From assembly GCA_044892525.1 (NCBI GenBank), contig CM097887.1:73346001-73410000 (forward strand): a stretch of DNA of 64,000 bases, in the 5' to 3' direction. The position numbers and the translations under genes are program-made. The stretch's first letter is position 1. Every line of letters begins with the position of its first letter. Positions 1 through 10,880 of this stretch are shown piece after piece. The notes beneath the pieces are model-generated. The model saw only the letters and a program-made list of their open reading frames with translations. It ran no database searches and was not told the origin of the DNA. This stretch comes from Schmidtea polychroa. Lineage: Eukaryota.

Positions 1-1184
1 AGTCAAACCCATTACAACAATGAGAATTAAACAATAATTACTATTATTATAAAACATATAGTCGACTAATTCTATCGATTACCAGTAGTGCATTGTGAGC
101 CACTAACACCAAAGGGAAAACGCCGCCCATTCCCTTAAAACATTCCCCCGCGAGGGATATGTGTATACTGAAATTGTTTTACCCCCTCTTAAAATATTCC
201 AAATACAAACCGCAACAACATCTACAAATGTCTTAAAAAGAACCTTACTAAAATTAAAATTTCTTAGAAATCTGCTCGACCGATTTCAAAGATTTATAAC
301 TCATTCGACTTACAACAACCTATCCTATTGGTTTGCTATCATCCTATATAATTGTGTTTCTAAAGATTTTGAAAGGATTAGAATTAATTAATTACAAAAT
401 ACTCAACAAATAACAATTTTATATTCACAAACAAATGTGTTTGATTTAGATACCTTCCCAGTCGTAATTTTGAAATTATGTTAGTTATGCACTGATACTC
501 ACTTTCCTATTAACCATGACTTGTAAATTTCACTAAATTTATTATTGCTTGTATACTCTGTTCTGGCATTAGTCATTTCAGTTACGCAGAGGATTCAAAA
601 ATCTTTCTCTACTTTCTATAATATCTCGATATAAATAAGTATAAATTTGTACTACTCTTCAGTAGTATTCAGAGACCACAATAAATGTTGTTAAACTTGA
701 AGATTTTGTTTTCCTAAAATAATGATTTTAATGTATTTATTTTTAAAATCATATCTTCCTGGGTCTTTACCAACTTCAATAATACAGAACTATTATAAAC
801 CCTCAAAACAATAACTTCAAAGGGTTTAATTGAAATATTGACACATATTTTATCGAAGTAAATTATTTAGTTCCTTAATATTCAGAATAGTGACAACTGT
901 TTATCAGATTCCTCGAGATTAAATCAACTTTATCAAGGGTCTGATTTGAATCTGATAAAAAGATTATCTCAAGATTGTCAATCGACTTCAACTATGCGAA
1001 TAAACTTAGAAAGAACTGTGAAAAGCCGAAATTCATTAAAATCAAATATTTTATTCCCCAAAAATAGTTTAGATAGTGTCACATCAATTGGTCTTGGAAC
1101 CTATTATATGCCATATAATGATGATAGAGTAACGTTTGGATTTTTTAAATTTAATACATCGTATTATTATTAATGACTTACAGG

Positions 1185-1420
1185 CAGTGGCGGAACTAAT
1201 CGACTCTGGACCCTTCGTAACAAGAGAGTCACGAGTTATAAGGGGCCCAAAGTTAATAAACTTTTATATACATATACTAAAATGTTTTTCATACTTGACT
1301 TACAAATAAAAAACTATCATCTTGGCAAAATTTCTTGTCAATTTTTTTGGCTAAACTTAGCGCAACTTAGTGGGAACCGACACCAGCATCATTTCTTTCC
1401 GATTTTTGGTTACTGAGATT
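1185..1420. mobile_element. possible hAT-like transposon end/remnant
   Basis: Begins CAGTGGCGGA followed by GGGGCCC, like the termini of the hAT elements at 32784-36603; no partner end found. Confidence 0.3.
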
Positions 1421-1703
1421 AGTGGACTAAATCATTACAAATTCCTACATAGATTCTTGAAATTCCACAAAATTCTCTAAATTAAATGAGTGGAACAAAC
1501 AAACATGGGAAAATTAATGTGAGTGGAAAAAGTTAAAATTATATTCTTCAAATATTAATTTTTGTACTAGTGCGTAGTTTGCATCTTTTATATGAATTCA
1601 AAGGATATATTGATATTTTTAGTTAAATTTTGATAACTTTGTGTCTTGTGTTTGTGCTTAAATTATTTTCAATTCCATAAATTAAAATTTTTTTTACAAG
1701 TTA

Positions 1704-1835
1704 ATTTCACTTGAAAAGACAGTCAGTGCCAAAAATTCGTGAGTATCAAAAAACATCGATATATTACTGATTTATAGTCTTCAAACTCTTTTTAATAAAT
1801 TCAATAGAAAAAAAATTAGTGGTGAAATTGGAAAA
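1704..1835 (-). repeat. about 130-bp repeat, inverted copy of 9491-9620
   Basis: Reverse complement TTTTCCAATTTCACCACTAA...GGCACTGACTGTCTTTTCAAGTGAA aligns by eye to 9491-9620 at roughly 85-90% identity. Confidence 0.85.
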
Positions 1836-2799
1836 TTATGACGTGTGTGAGAAACCTATATAATTAACTATAGAAACAAGTCTTTGTCCTTGCCGGCCCA
1901 TTGTTTTAAAGTCGATTTTAGATATATAATTTTCTATATTTAAAAGTCGATGAGATATCCCTTATTTATCGCTCATTGCACACAGACAATTTTTTCTACC
2001 CCCAAAAGTATTAATTCAACTATATAGTGTGTGTGACTTGTATATTAATTAAACTATGTATAAAATGTCTTTGTCCTTGCGGGCCCATAGTTTGGCGGCT
2101 CATATCCCCTACTAACATATTTATATATAATTACGTTATCTCTTTAATCCGAAGTTTATGAATAGATAATAATTTATATTAAAATAAAGAAACAACACTA
2201 GATTTGACATATCAATCTTTTTAAAATTAACCCACTCTCCGTGATCGGATCATTCTGAAATTTTGATAGCATACCGTATTCTCGACAACGAATTTACTTA
2301 CTAAATTTCAGCTCAATCCTTTCACGGAAAGTAGGATAATTTGTCCTCACAGAATTTGCATGGCACATACAAACATCAGCGAAGTTAATATAAAGAGTAA
2401 AATAGCAAATATTATTCAAATAATGATAAATTAATTCAACTTTTATTTTATATTTTTTATTTGATAAAAAATAGCAATGTGTTATAAAATTTTAGAAAAT
2501 ATTTTTAGTTAATAAAATTATAAAATTTAAATTTCATAATTTTACGGAATATTGATAACATCAACATTGTAAGGAAATAAATTAAATTAAATTTCAATTA
2601 ATTTTATATTTAATAATTATATTAATGAGTATACATGGAAATTTATTGTCAATTTTACCATTATTCAGATTAGTTTCGCTACAATCAATAACTAAAACAA
2701 ACAGATTAATTTGGCATTTGGATAAATAAATATTAAATCTTGTATATTTATTTAAAAGACAATTGTTATTATGGGCAATTTAGTTAATTAAACATGTTT

Positions 2800-3420
2800 T
2801 ATAAGAATTTTAAAATCTTTATTTTAAAGGGCAATCAGTTTTCAAACAATTTTTGCAACTTGGACATTGTTCCCAATTTTCAAACAAGTTTTAATTGTGA
2901 AAGTTATGTCGACAACCTCATTAAATCTAATTCTCCTATTTCAAGTGAAGATTTTGATCTCAGTTCTAACTGCAAAAGTGTACCAAGATTACACCGAAGC
3001 GGCATTACTATTCAATTGCACAAATCATCATATCATTCATCGGAAATATTTTTCCCCTTCGAATTAAGTTAAATAAACTCAGTTTTTTGCTCAAATTTTG
3101 AAAATATGATGTTTGAATTGAATAAATTAATAATCATAAAGCGAGTGAAGTTAAATAATTTTTTGTATTTTCTAATAACAAGAACAAGACTTTTGAATCA
3201 GAGGAAGTAAGTTTACACAAGCATAAATGAAAAATTGTAGTTAAACAAGGATAAGTAGTCAAAATCACTTGTTGCAATGACTACAATGAATGTTAAAGAC
3301 TCGAATAAAAGTGAATGGGTTAGGGTTATAGGTTAATAGTATTCTAAAGGTCTAAAAAGTTACTACAATATATTTCGACAGAATCACTGTCATCGTCATG
3401 TAGAATTGAAATTCAAACTA
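2800..3420 (-). pseudogene. degenerate tandem paralog of the 3508-4014 ORF
   Basis: Shares a 31-bp block (30/31) encoding SIL(H/P)DDDSD; weak downstream similarity (LRSK/LRSQ); multiple stops; ends in a CPSC motif. Confidence 0.3.
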
Positions 3421-3507
3421 AATCAATCTAAATTGTTCTTTTTTAAACACACTAATTAACTAATTCAATAATTTTGTTAAAAATTCACAAAATTCAGTTT
3501 TTTCAAT

Positions 3508-4014
3508 TCAAACTTTAAAACTTTTAAAATTTACAAAAGTTGAAATCAAACAACATTTCAATAAACCTTTCACAAAATTGTGTTTACTAATATTAATCAA
3601 TTCATTAGGTCGATAGTGATCAGGATCTTGAGAACGGAGATGACGGATGTATGTGGCATTGCACCCATGGCATAAATATTCATAACCAAGACCTGAACAC
3701 AATCTAAGCAAGAACCGAAAAAGAACAACTTCACAATATATGTCACACGCAGTCAATCCAATCATTGATAGTTTTTCTTTCATTAATTTTCTACATCTCT
3801 TCATCAATTCCAAAGGGCTTCTATTGAGTATTGGAAAAAGCAAAGTATAACTTTCAAATTTATTATAATAGTCACTAAATAATGGCATTGATTTAAATTT
3901 AGCGAAAAACACCAAATATATATATATATCACTGTCATCGTCAGGTAGAATTGAAATTTTTTTTATATATTTTTTTCTTTGATATTTTATTTTCTTTATA
4001 TAAATCAATGCCAT
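3508..4014 (-). CDS. hypothetical protein, 168 aa
   Basis: Open frame of 168 codons in AT-rich DNA; no recognisable domain; partial tandem paralog downstream. Confidence 0.35.
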   Translation of the reverse strand: MALIYIKKIKYQRKKYIKKISILPDDDSDIYIYLVFFAKFKSMPLFSDYYNKFESYTLLFPILNRSPLELMKRCRKLMKEKLSMIGLTACDIYCEVVLFRFLLRLCSGLGYEYLCHGCNATYIRHLRSQDPDHYRPNELINISKHNFVKGLLKCCLISTFVNFKSFKV

Positions 4015-4295
4015 TATTTAGTGATAATAAAACGGGATTGATAATAAACGTTGACAAAAAAAGAAGATTGATAAATCGAAAAATGTTAGGAAACGAAGAA
4101 CTTTCATATTTCCATTTCTGACCACTAACAAGGACCTTGGATAGGAGTTATTTAGGAATGACCCAGGAACGGAGAAAAATATTTTAAGTCCTTGATACTT
4201 TTAAATTTTAGGTGCGACAGACATCAATTTATAGCTCGATTAAATAAATATTGTGCAAAATAAAGAAAACAGGAATTTTTTGTTGTGCTATCCAA

Positions 4296-5768
4296 TAGGG
4301 TTGCTGAACCGGGAATTTTTAGAAAATATATAGTCTCGATACACGGGAATTATCGTCGAGACTCGAGAAATTTAAAAATTGAAAATGTCACTAAAAATAT
4401 CTAAAATTTGTATTTTATAAATTTCATGTGTTGCGATAAAGTTTTATATTGTTTAAAAAATCCATGCATTAGATAGTTATCACAGGAGTTGCGCCGTATG
4501 TTGCATTTGTAGCTTGGAGCGCAACGTTCTACATTTTGGCCGTGGCACGTGTGATTTATAATACCAAATCGACTTTATAATCTAGATTTGATAATTATTG
4601 TTAAGTGTTTGTTAAGTTAAATGTAAAATGTAAGTACTATTTAAGTATTGTAAATACATTTCTTAATAAATTTATTTATTATTCAGACAAAAATCAAGTC
4701 ATGAACATCAATCATTTTGAAGCATGGAAACATATTTTAAAAAATAACAATGCAGCGCAGTGTAATTATTACTCAAAAACAATTACATGTAAAGGCTCTA
4801 ACACTAGTGGATTGATTAGACATTTAGAGAGAATTCATAACAAAACTTTAGACAAACGAGCATCGGAAGATATTGATTCACCAAGTACTTCAAAAAAATG
4901 TAAGCCGCAGTCAATACAAAATTAAATGAAATTGTACCCAAATTAGCCGCTGTAGATGGCTTCTCGATTAGAACAATAACTAATAGTTCTTTTATACGGG
5001 AATCGATTTGAGTTAGAAAAAGACAAAGTTGTTTCAACCACAGATGGTGCAAGTGCCATGCGAAAATATGAAAGAAAATTTGCCATAAAAACACATTATG
5101 TATGAATCACGGCATTCATTTAGCGGTAATTGATGTTATACATACAAAAAAAAGTAACAATGAAAATGACATTGGTGAAAGTGACGAGAATACCAATTAT
5201 GGAATTGAACTTGATGATTCAGATGATGAAACGCTTCAATTTGAAATATTTAGGGAAATTGAGAAATAGACTATCGAACGAGTCTATAAATATATAAAAA
5301 CATATTTTTTTTAAAAAAATAATTAAAACTATATTAATATTTTTATTTAATTTTTGTTATTTGTGTATTTGCAATGAAAATATAATAAGGAATGAATAAT
5401 TCTGTACTAAAATAATTAAAGGGTGGATTTTAAGTTTTTGGTTTATATGCAGAAATTCACACTATAGAAAATACTAACAATTTGTACTTCGATATGAATA
5501 AACTTGCATTAGAAAATAGGAAAATGTTCTTTTATTTTATATTTTTGTGTGGATATTTAAATAAATGTACATTATAAATTTATATTTTTTCACTTTTTCT
5601 AATTATTTAGAACTTTGCTTATTTCACAATTTTTTTCAAGTTTTAAATGCTTTTTTAGGTCGCCTAATTTTTTTATACATTTTTTAATTTCCCGAGAACC
5701 GGGAATGCTTAAAACAGCTGTTTCGTATCCGGGGAAACAAAAAAAAGGGTCGAGACTGAGAAACCTTA
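4296..5768 (+). mobile_element. non-autonomous hAT (BED-finger, Ac-type) deletion derivative
   Basis: Imperfect termini TAGGGTTGC...GAAACCTTA with subterminal CCGGGAA repeats; BED finger remnant AWKHILK..QCNYYSKTITCKGSNTSGLIRHLERIH (4701-4925); further transposase fragments with stops; TSD only approximate. Confidence 0.75.
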
Positions 5769-6114
5769 TATTCAATATAATTCATTAAAACAAAAAAATT
5801 GTTTGATAATAGACCAATAAATTTCCAATTAGTTTTAATTTATTAATTTATTGGCAAAAAAATAGTTTTCTTCAACCTACGATAGACAAAATGAAATGAT
5901 TGAAACAAATAGAAATTAGAATTACAGAATTTAAACATCTCTGCAAAATTTCTATATTCAAATCATCAACCGGAACCTTTAGCATCGTTAGGATTCTAGA
6001 AAGTGATCCTTAAAGATTTTTATTAATTTTTCACATATATTTTCCTTTGAAATTACGTAATATAAATAGTTGAGATAAATTTGTTTAATTAATAAAACTC
6101 TCATTAGCATCATA

Positions 6115-7740
6115 ATGAATGACAACATGTTTGAGTGCTTTGTTTGTTTAAATGAGTTAATAGAAAATGAAAAAACTATTTTATTTGCATGCAATCATTC
6201 GTTTTGTTTAAATTGCATGAAAACGTGGATCATCAAAAATCCAACATGCCCGTTAGACAGATCAAATATTGAGTTAATTAAATATATTTATCCAATAACC
6301 AACGAGATATTTATAACAAATATTGAATTATTTATTACCGATATCATTTGTGAAAATGAGAAAAAATTACTGGCGGAGATTTTCAACAATAACTTGTCAA
6401 AATTATCAGATTCTGTAGTGATTGCTACAGAACTGGCCAAATTGTTTGGCCCTGTTCACTCACTGTTAACCAACCTCCCAAGAAATCCAAATGATAAAAC
6501 CATTTCTACTGTCATAAATCTTGCAAAAGAAAATCTAACACAAATTGATATTTCATTAAAAAAGAGGAATTCAGTCAAGTTTGATTTTAAGGTAGTTGAA
6601 AAAGTCAACCATTTTCTGGATGACTATGAAAGAAACTATTCCCATTTGAAAATGAATCTTCTAGAAAGAAGCCTCGACGACGTTGATTTGGCTGTTAAAG
6701 GTGCCGTATTGATAGATATAACTGAGACTCAGGTTGTTTATATTTTATGTTCTTTACCATTCTATTTTGATACTCTGAATCGGTGGTTGGCTTATTGGAA
6801 GGAAAATGTCTGGAGAAGCCGTTTTATTAGAAATTCAATTCGAAAAGTATTGAAAAGTATCGAGACACACATTTTCAACATTTCAGAATATATAAAATTT
6901 AATAAAGCGTTGTTATTGAAATTTGTCGAGCTTTCAGATTATCCAAGAGTTGCAGACTTTTATTGCGAATCTCCAGAAAGGTGCATTATTTGCCATAGAG
7001 AGATTAACTCAGTCAATCGGAAAAAGTTCAAGAAATGTGCTCACGTAATATGTTACGTATGCGTCAATAAATTTATGATTTATGAGGGTAATTGTCCACA
7101 CAAATGTAGCTATGGAGTAGAATTGGAAGTTATCACTGTTTCTTTATTTCAAGAGACTTCATTCACAATGAATGAATTCATTGAATCTTGGATAGGAAAA
7201 TCCTTATCATATACAAAACAAAATCTTACCAATTCTCTCGAAATAGTCAACGATATTCATAATTCTCGAATTGTGACCAAAGATATATTAGAACGGTCAA
7301 AACACGGTGAATATATCGAACTTTGTTTTTCCAATATCTTTATACTATATGATGACCACATGATGATTTCAAATGAAAACTTGGCGAGACAGGTCAATTA
7401 CCGTTCAATGGGTCAATATTTGGATGATCCCTTGAAATGGATTCGATTCATAATATGGCAAAATAGTATCCAAATTCGATATAAATTGATCGAATGGTTT
7501 TCCTGGTTTGCAAAGTCTCTGAAAGAATACGACAGTTATATTATGTCGGATAGAGAAAAATCTGCTCAATTTTCCGAGTCTATCAATAACCAGTTTTCTG
7601 AAGATAAGATTAGACAGCTGAATATTTTTGATACTTTTGGTCAATTAGAACATTATTTGGAAATAATGAATTATTACGATTTAATCTTTGAAATGGCATT
7701 GTTGAGGCAGAGAATTACAGAGATAATGACCATGATGTAG
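6115..7740 (+). CDS. intronless RING-HC (C3HC3D) putative E3 ligase with a second RING-like motif, 541 aa
   Basis: CFVC..CNHSFCLNC..W..CPLDR at the N-terminus; second CIIC..CAHVICYVC..CPHKC near aa 290-330; helical regions; uninterrupted ORF. Confidence 0.85.
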   Translation: MNDNMFECFVCLNELIENEKTILFACNHSFCLNCMKTWIIKNPTCPLDRSNIELIKYIYPITNEIFITNIELFITDIICENEKKLLAEIFNNNLSKLSDSVVIATELAKLFGPVHSLLTNLPRNPNDKTISTVINLAKENLTQIDISLKKRNSVKFDFKVVEKVNHFLDDYERNYSHLKMNLLERSLDDVDLAVKGAVLIDITETQVVYILCSLPFYFDTLNRWLAYWKENVWRSRFIRNSIRKVLKSIETHIFNISEYIKFNKALLLKFVELSDYPRVADFYCESPERCIICHREINSVNRKKFKKCAHVICYVCVNKFMIYEGNCPHKCSYGVELEVITVSLFQETSFTMNEFIESWIGKSLSYTKQNLTNSLEIVNDIHNSRIVTKDILERSKHGEYIELCFSNIFILYDDHMMISNENLARQVNYRSMGQYLDDPLKWIRFIIWQNSIQIRYKLIEWFSWFAKSLKEYDSYIMSDREKSAQFSESINNQFSEDKIRQLNIFDTFGQLEHYLEIMNYYDLIFEMALLRQRITEIMTMM

Positions 7741-8158
7741 AAATACAGTTAAATCAGTTTATTATAAACCCTGTATAATGAGAATATCAGTAGAGTAGGG
7801 GTATTTTTTGGTCCTCTCAAAATTATGTATATATAATAAAATATTTGAATAAATTTATTTGAAAAGGTTATTCTAATTTTAAAAAAACAATAGAATTATT
7901 GATTAATTCTGAATACTCGTGTATGTGTGCGCACACGTCTTCCTTTTGCATATATGCATGCGCAAGTAGTCGTCTTTGGATTTTTTTTGTTGTTATTTTT
8001 CGATTGCTTCTGGAATTTTGGTTGTTGTTTAAAGAAGTTGGTTTTCTGGAATTCTAGATTTTCTGTTTTTCTATTTGGATTTCTATATCTGAACGTGGTT
8101 TTGTGTATGGAATTTTAATATTGAAAAATACATTCTTTTCAGTATTCTTATTTCAATT

Positions 8159-8800
8159 ATGAACCAAACTGAAGTAAATATACGTGTTAAATGGTTTAAC
8201 TCAAAGAATGTATACGGATTCATTTGTGTTGACAATACAATTATTGATGTGCTTGTGCATTTTAAATCCATTGCTCCTACAAATGCAACTTTAATAACAG
8301 ATGGCGAAGTTTTTTTCGATATTCTCAAAGCTGTCAGGGAATCCATGACTCAAATTATGCTGGGGACTCTTAATGCACTAATAATGTATGTTGCAATTCA
8401 AGCAGTTCTTTCTTTGCATGCTTCAGGCCAAGTTATTACCAATGATCAAGTTATTACCACTGAATTTAAAAGATTCACATGTCTAGAAGCTTAGTTCCAG
8501 CAATCATTCTTTGAAAAGAAAATTGTTGGTATTCTTGATATAGCATATAACTGCATGATGAAATACGATGCGGATTTTTGTAAAGATCTGTACAATACAG
8601 TGTTATCAAGTGATTTCACAATGTATTATCTGGTATTGCTGATCGTATGCAAAAACAAATATCACATTTGGTTCCATCAACATCAATGAGAATTTAAAAA
8701 TTACAGTTTAACAAAATAGTACATATATATGTCTTTTTAAGGACTAAAGAAGTCGATTTAAGAGTTCAATTTTAGTGGGAAGTGATTTTGGCATTTAGGA
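8159..8800 (+). pseudogene. chimera of a cold-shock domain (Y-box/Lin28-type) and internally deleted actin fragments
   Basis: VKWFNSKNVYGFI..DVLVH..DGEVFFDI followed in frame by MTQIM..MYVAIQAVLSLHASG, then QVIT..KRFTCLEA*FQQSF..KDLYNTVLS..GIADRMQKQI; stop at 8492-8494 and later frameshifts; similarity beyond 8700 is weak. Confidence 0.8.
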
Positions 8801-8960
8801 GTCGGTAAAGTCAGTTAATCATTGAAAATGTTGTTTGAAGAGTAAATATTAGTAGAGAGATGTAGACCAGCGAAACCTTAGGCCCGCGGATACATGTACC
8901 CCTTCCCCGTAAGAAAAAATAAAAAAAATTGTTAAGTACATTGGTCCGCGTGGACAAAGA

Positions 8961-9071
8961 CAATGACTCATTCAAAGTCAAATTTTTATTTCCAAGGTTA
9001 TTTAAATGACCCATTCAAGGTCATAGGATGATGTATTCAAGATCATTGGATGACTCATCCAAGGTCATTGT
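8961..9071 (+). repeat. degenerate tandem repeat of about 22 bp (ATGACTCATTCAAGGTCATTGG consensus), 4 clear copies
   Basis: Units ATGACTCATTCAAAGTCA, ATGACCCATTCAAGGTCATAGG, ATGATGTATTCAAGATCATTGG, ATGACTCATCCAAGGTCATTGT. Confidence 0.75.
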
Positions 9072-9348
9072 TAGCCGCAACGACATCAAATTCATTTTCA
9101 ATATCCGTAAAATCAATTAAAAAAATTACCAAAATAAAATTACTTAACTAAAATTTATTCTATTCACAAAACTGCGATTTTTTCGTAATATTAAAACAAA
9201 TATCTTCGAGGCTTTTATTTTAATTTTGATGTTGATTTCAATGCTGGTTTAATTTATTTCAATATTTAGTATATTTTAATTTATTTTTATATTTTAAGCT
9301 TACTTTAATTTATTAATTTAAATTTTTATTAGCAATTTTCTGTTTTAA

Positions 9349-9476
9349 CTCGAAATAGTCAACGATATTCATAAATCAAAACACGGTGAATATATCAGTT
9401 TATTATAAACTTTCTATAATGAGAATATCAGTAGAGAAGGGGTATTTTTTGGTCCTCTCAAAATTATGTATATATA
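9349..9476 (+). repeat. internally deleted duplicate of the 3' part and 3' flank of the 6115-7740 RING gene
   Basis: Matches 7237-7262, then 7297-7317, then about 7756-7835 in order. Confidence 0.85.
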
Positions 9477-9490
9477 TTATAAGATTTTTT

Positions 9491-9620
9491 TTTTCCAATT
9501 TCACCACTGATTATTTTTTCCATTGAATTTATTAAAATGAGAGCTTGAAGACTTTAAATCAATAATATATCGATGTTTTTGATACCTACGAATTTTCGGC
9601 ACTGCCTTTTTCAAGTGAAT
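9491..9620 (+). repeat. about 130-bp repeat, inverted copy of 1704-1835
   Basis: Direct by-eye alignment with the reverse complement of 1704-1835. Confidence 0.85.
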
Positions 9621-10220
9621 TTGATCATTATTGCATTTAATGATTGTTGTTGGGGAAAAATTAATTTATTTCGTATTTTATAATAAGTTTATTGGTTTAA
9701 TTATATTTTATTTATATTTTATTTTAATTGCCCAAATAATTATTGGCATGTTCCTTTTGTGTATTATGCCTATTAGAGTTATATTTACTCAAGAAGTATT
9801 TTTCTACAAACTCCTTTGGGTATCCATTTTGTATAAACCGTGTTTTAAAGTTTTCCAGGGTTTCTTGATAATTACCTAATCAATCGAGTCTCAGTGCGAA
9901 TTAATAATTTAAATTCTATTTCATAATAAATTTGAATAAATTCACGCCAATAATTTAAATATTTTTACTAGTGCGCGAATTAATAATTTAAATAAAATCA
10001 ATGGTATATTATACGGGACGCAAAAATTAATTTCTAAATTTTTGCTTCCAATTTAATTTGGAATAAAGATAAAGTATTAAAAGAAGTTTAGGGGTATTGG
10101 AGCGCGACCGTTACCTGGGGACCAGTACCCTTTATAATTTATTATTAACTATAGTTTACATCAGGCTTTTTAAAATAACGAAATATTTAAGGCTATTAAT
10201 ATCTATAAATAACTATAAAC

Positions 10221-10580
10221 TTAAAAATGGACTATTTTTAAATGACAGCGGGTGGTAATGTGATCAAAATTATTGATGCATATTGAGCATTTTATAAATG
10301 GTGAATTTTTACAGTTGATGTCATTACAAAAATTTCCAGTATATTTGAAACAGGAATCGCGAACGTTGTCAAAATATGATCGTCCCATATTTAACAATCT
10401 ACTTTTATCTATTAATATCAAATAATATATCTAAACTGGGAGCAGCAAGTAAGAAAAGAAGCAAAGATTGTAATTTTAAAATATCATCTCGCCTTGTGAT
10501 TATTTTATCATCAACATTGCTTGATCATAAAAACTTTTGGCAAAAACTTGAGCTGCAGATTGAAATAAATATTTAGTAGT
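10221..10580 (-). mobile_element. pogo/CENP-B-family transposase C-terminal remnant
   Basis: RRDDILKLQSLL..AAP followed by Cys-rich C..C...FIKCSIC..HF tail, resembling the end of some DDE_1 transposases; frameshifted. Confidence 0.45.
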
Positions 10581-10880
10581 ATATATAATAAAACTAAATA
10601 ATATAACACTATTTATTGAACATGTAGAGGCATTATTATTATTCGGAAGTAAACTATATAATTTATATAATTTACAGGCTGTGTAAAAACCATTAGACGA
10701 AAGTTTTATTTCGTTAGTATACTAAGCCTATGTAATTTTTGTACGTAGCATCCGAATATTGTCACCTCTGATTCCAAAACTCAAAGCCTGTTGTATCATA
10801 AATATATCTCCTTGTAAGTATGCTTGATATATTAAATAAAAGAGCTGGACTAAGTAATTTACTATTTTAAACAAAATAAT

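Noticed and set aside
2205-2400. Helentron/DINE-like non-autonomous repeat
   Set aside because: General resemblance only; termini could not be defined.
8961-9071. CRISPR-like array
   Set aside because: Repeats are degenerate and abut without unique spacers; the context is eukaryotic and there are no cas genes.
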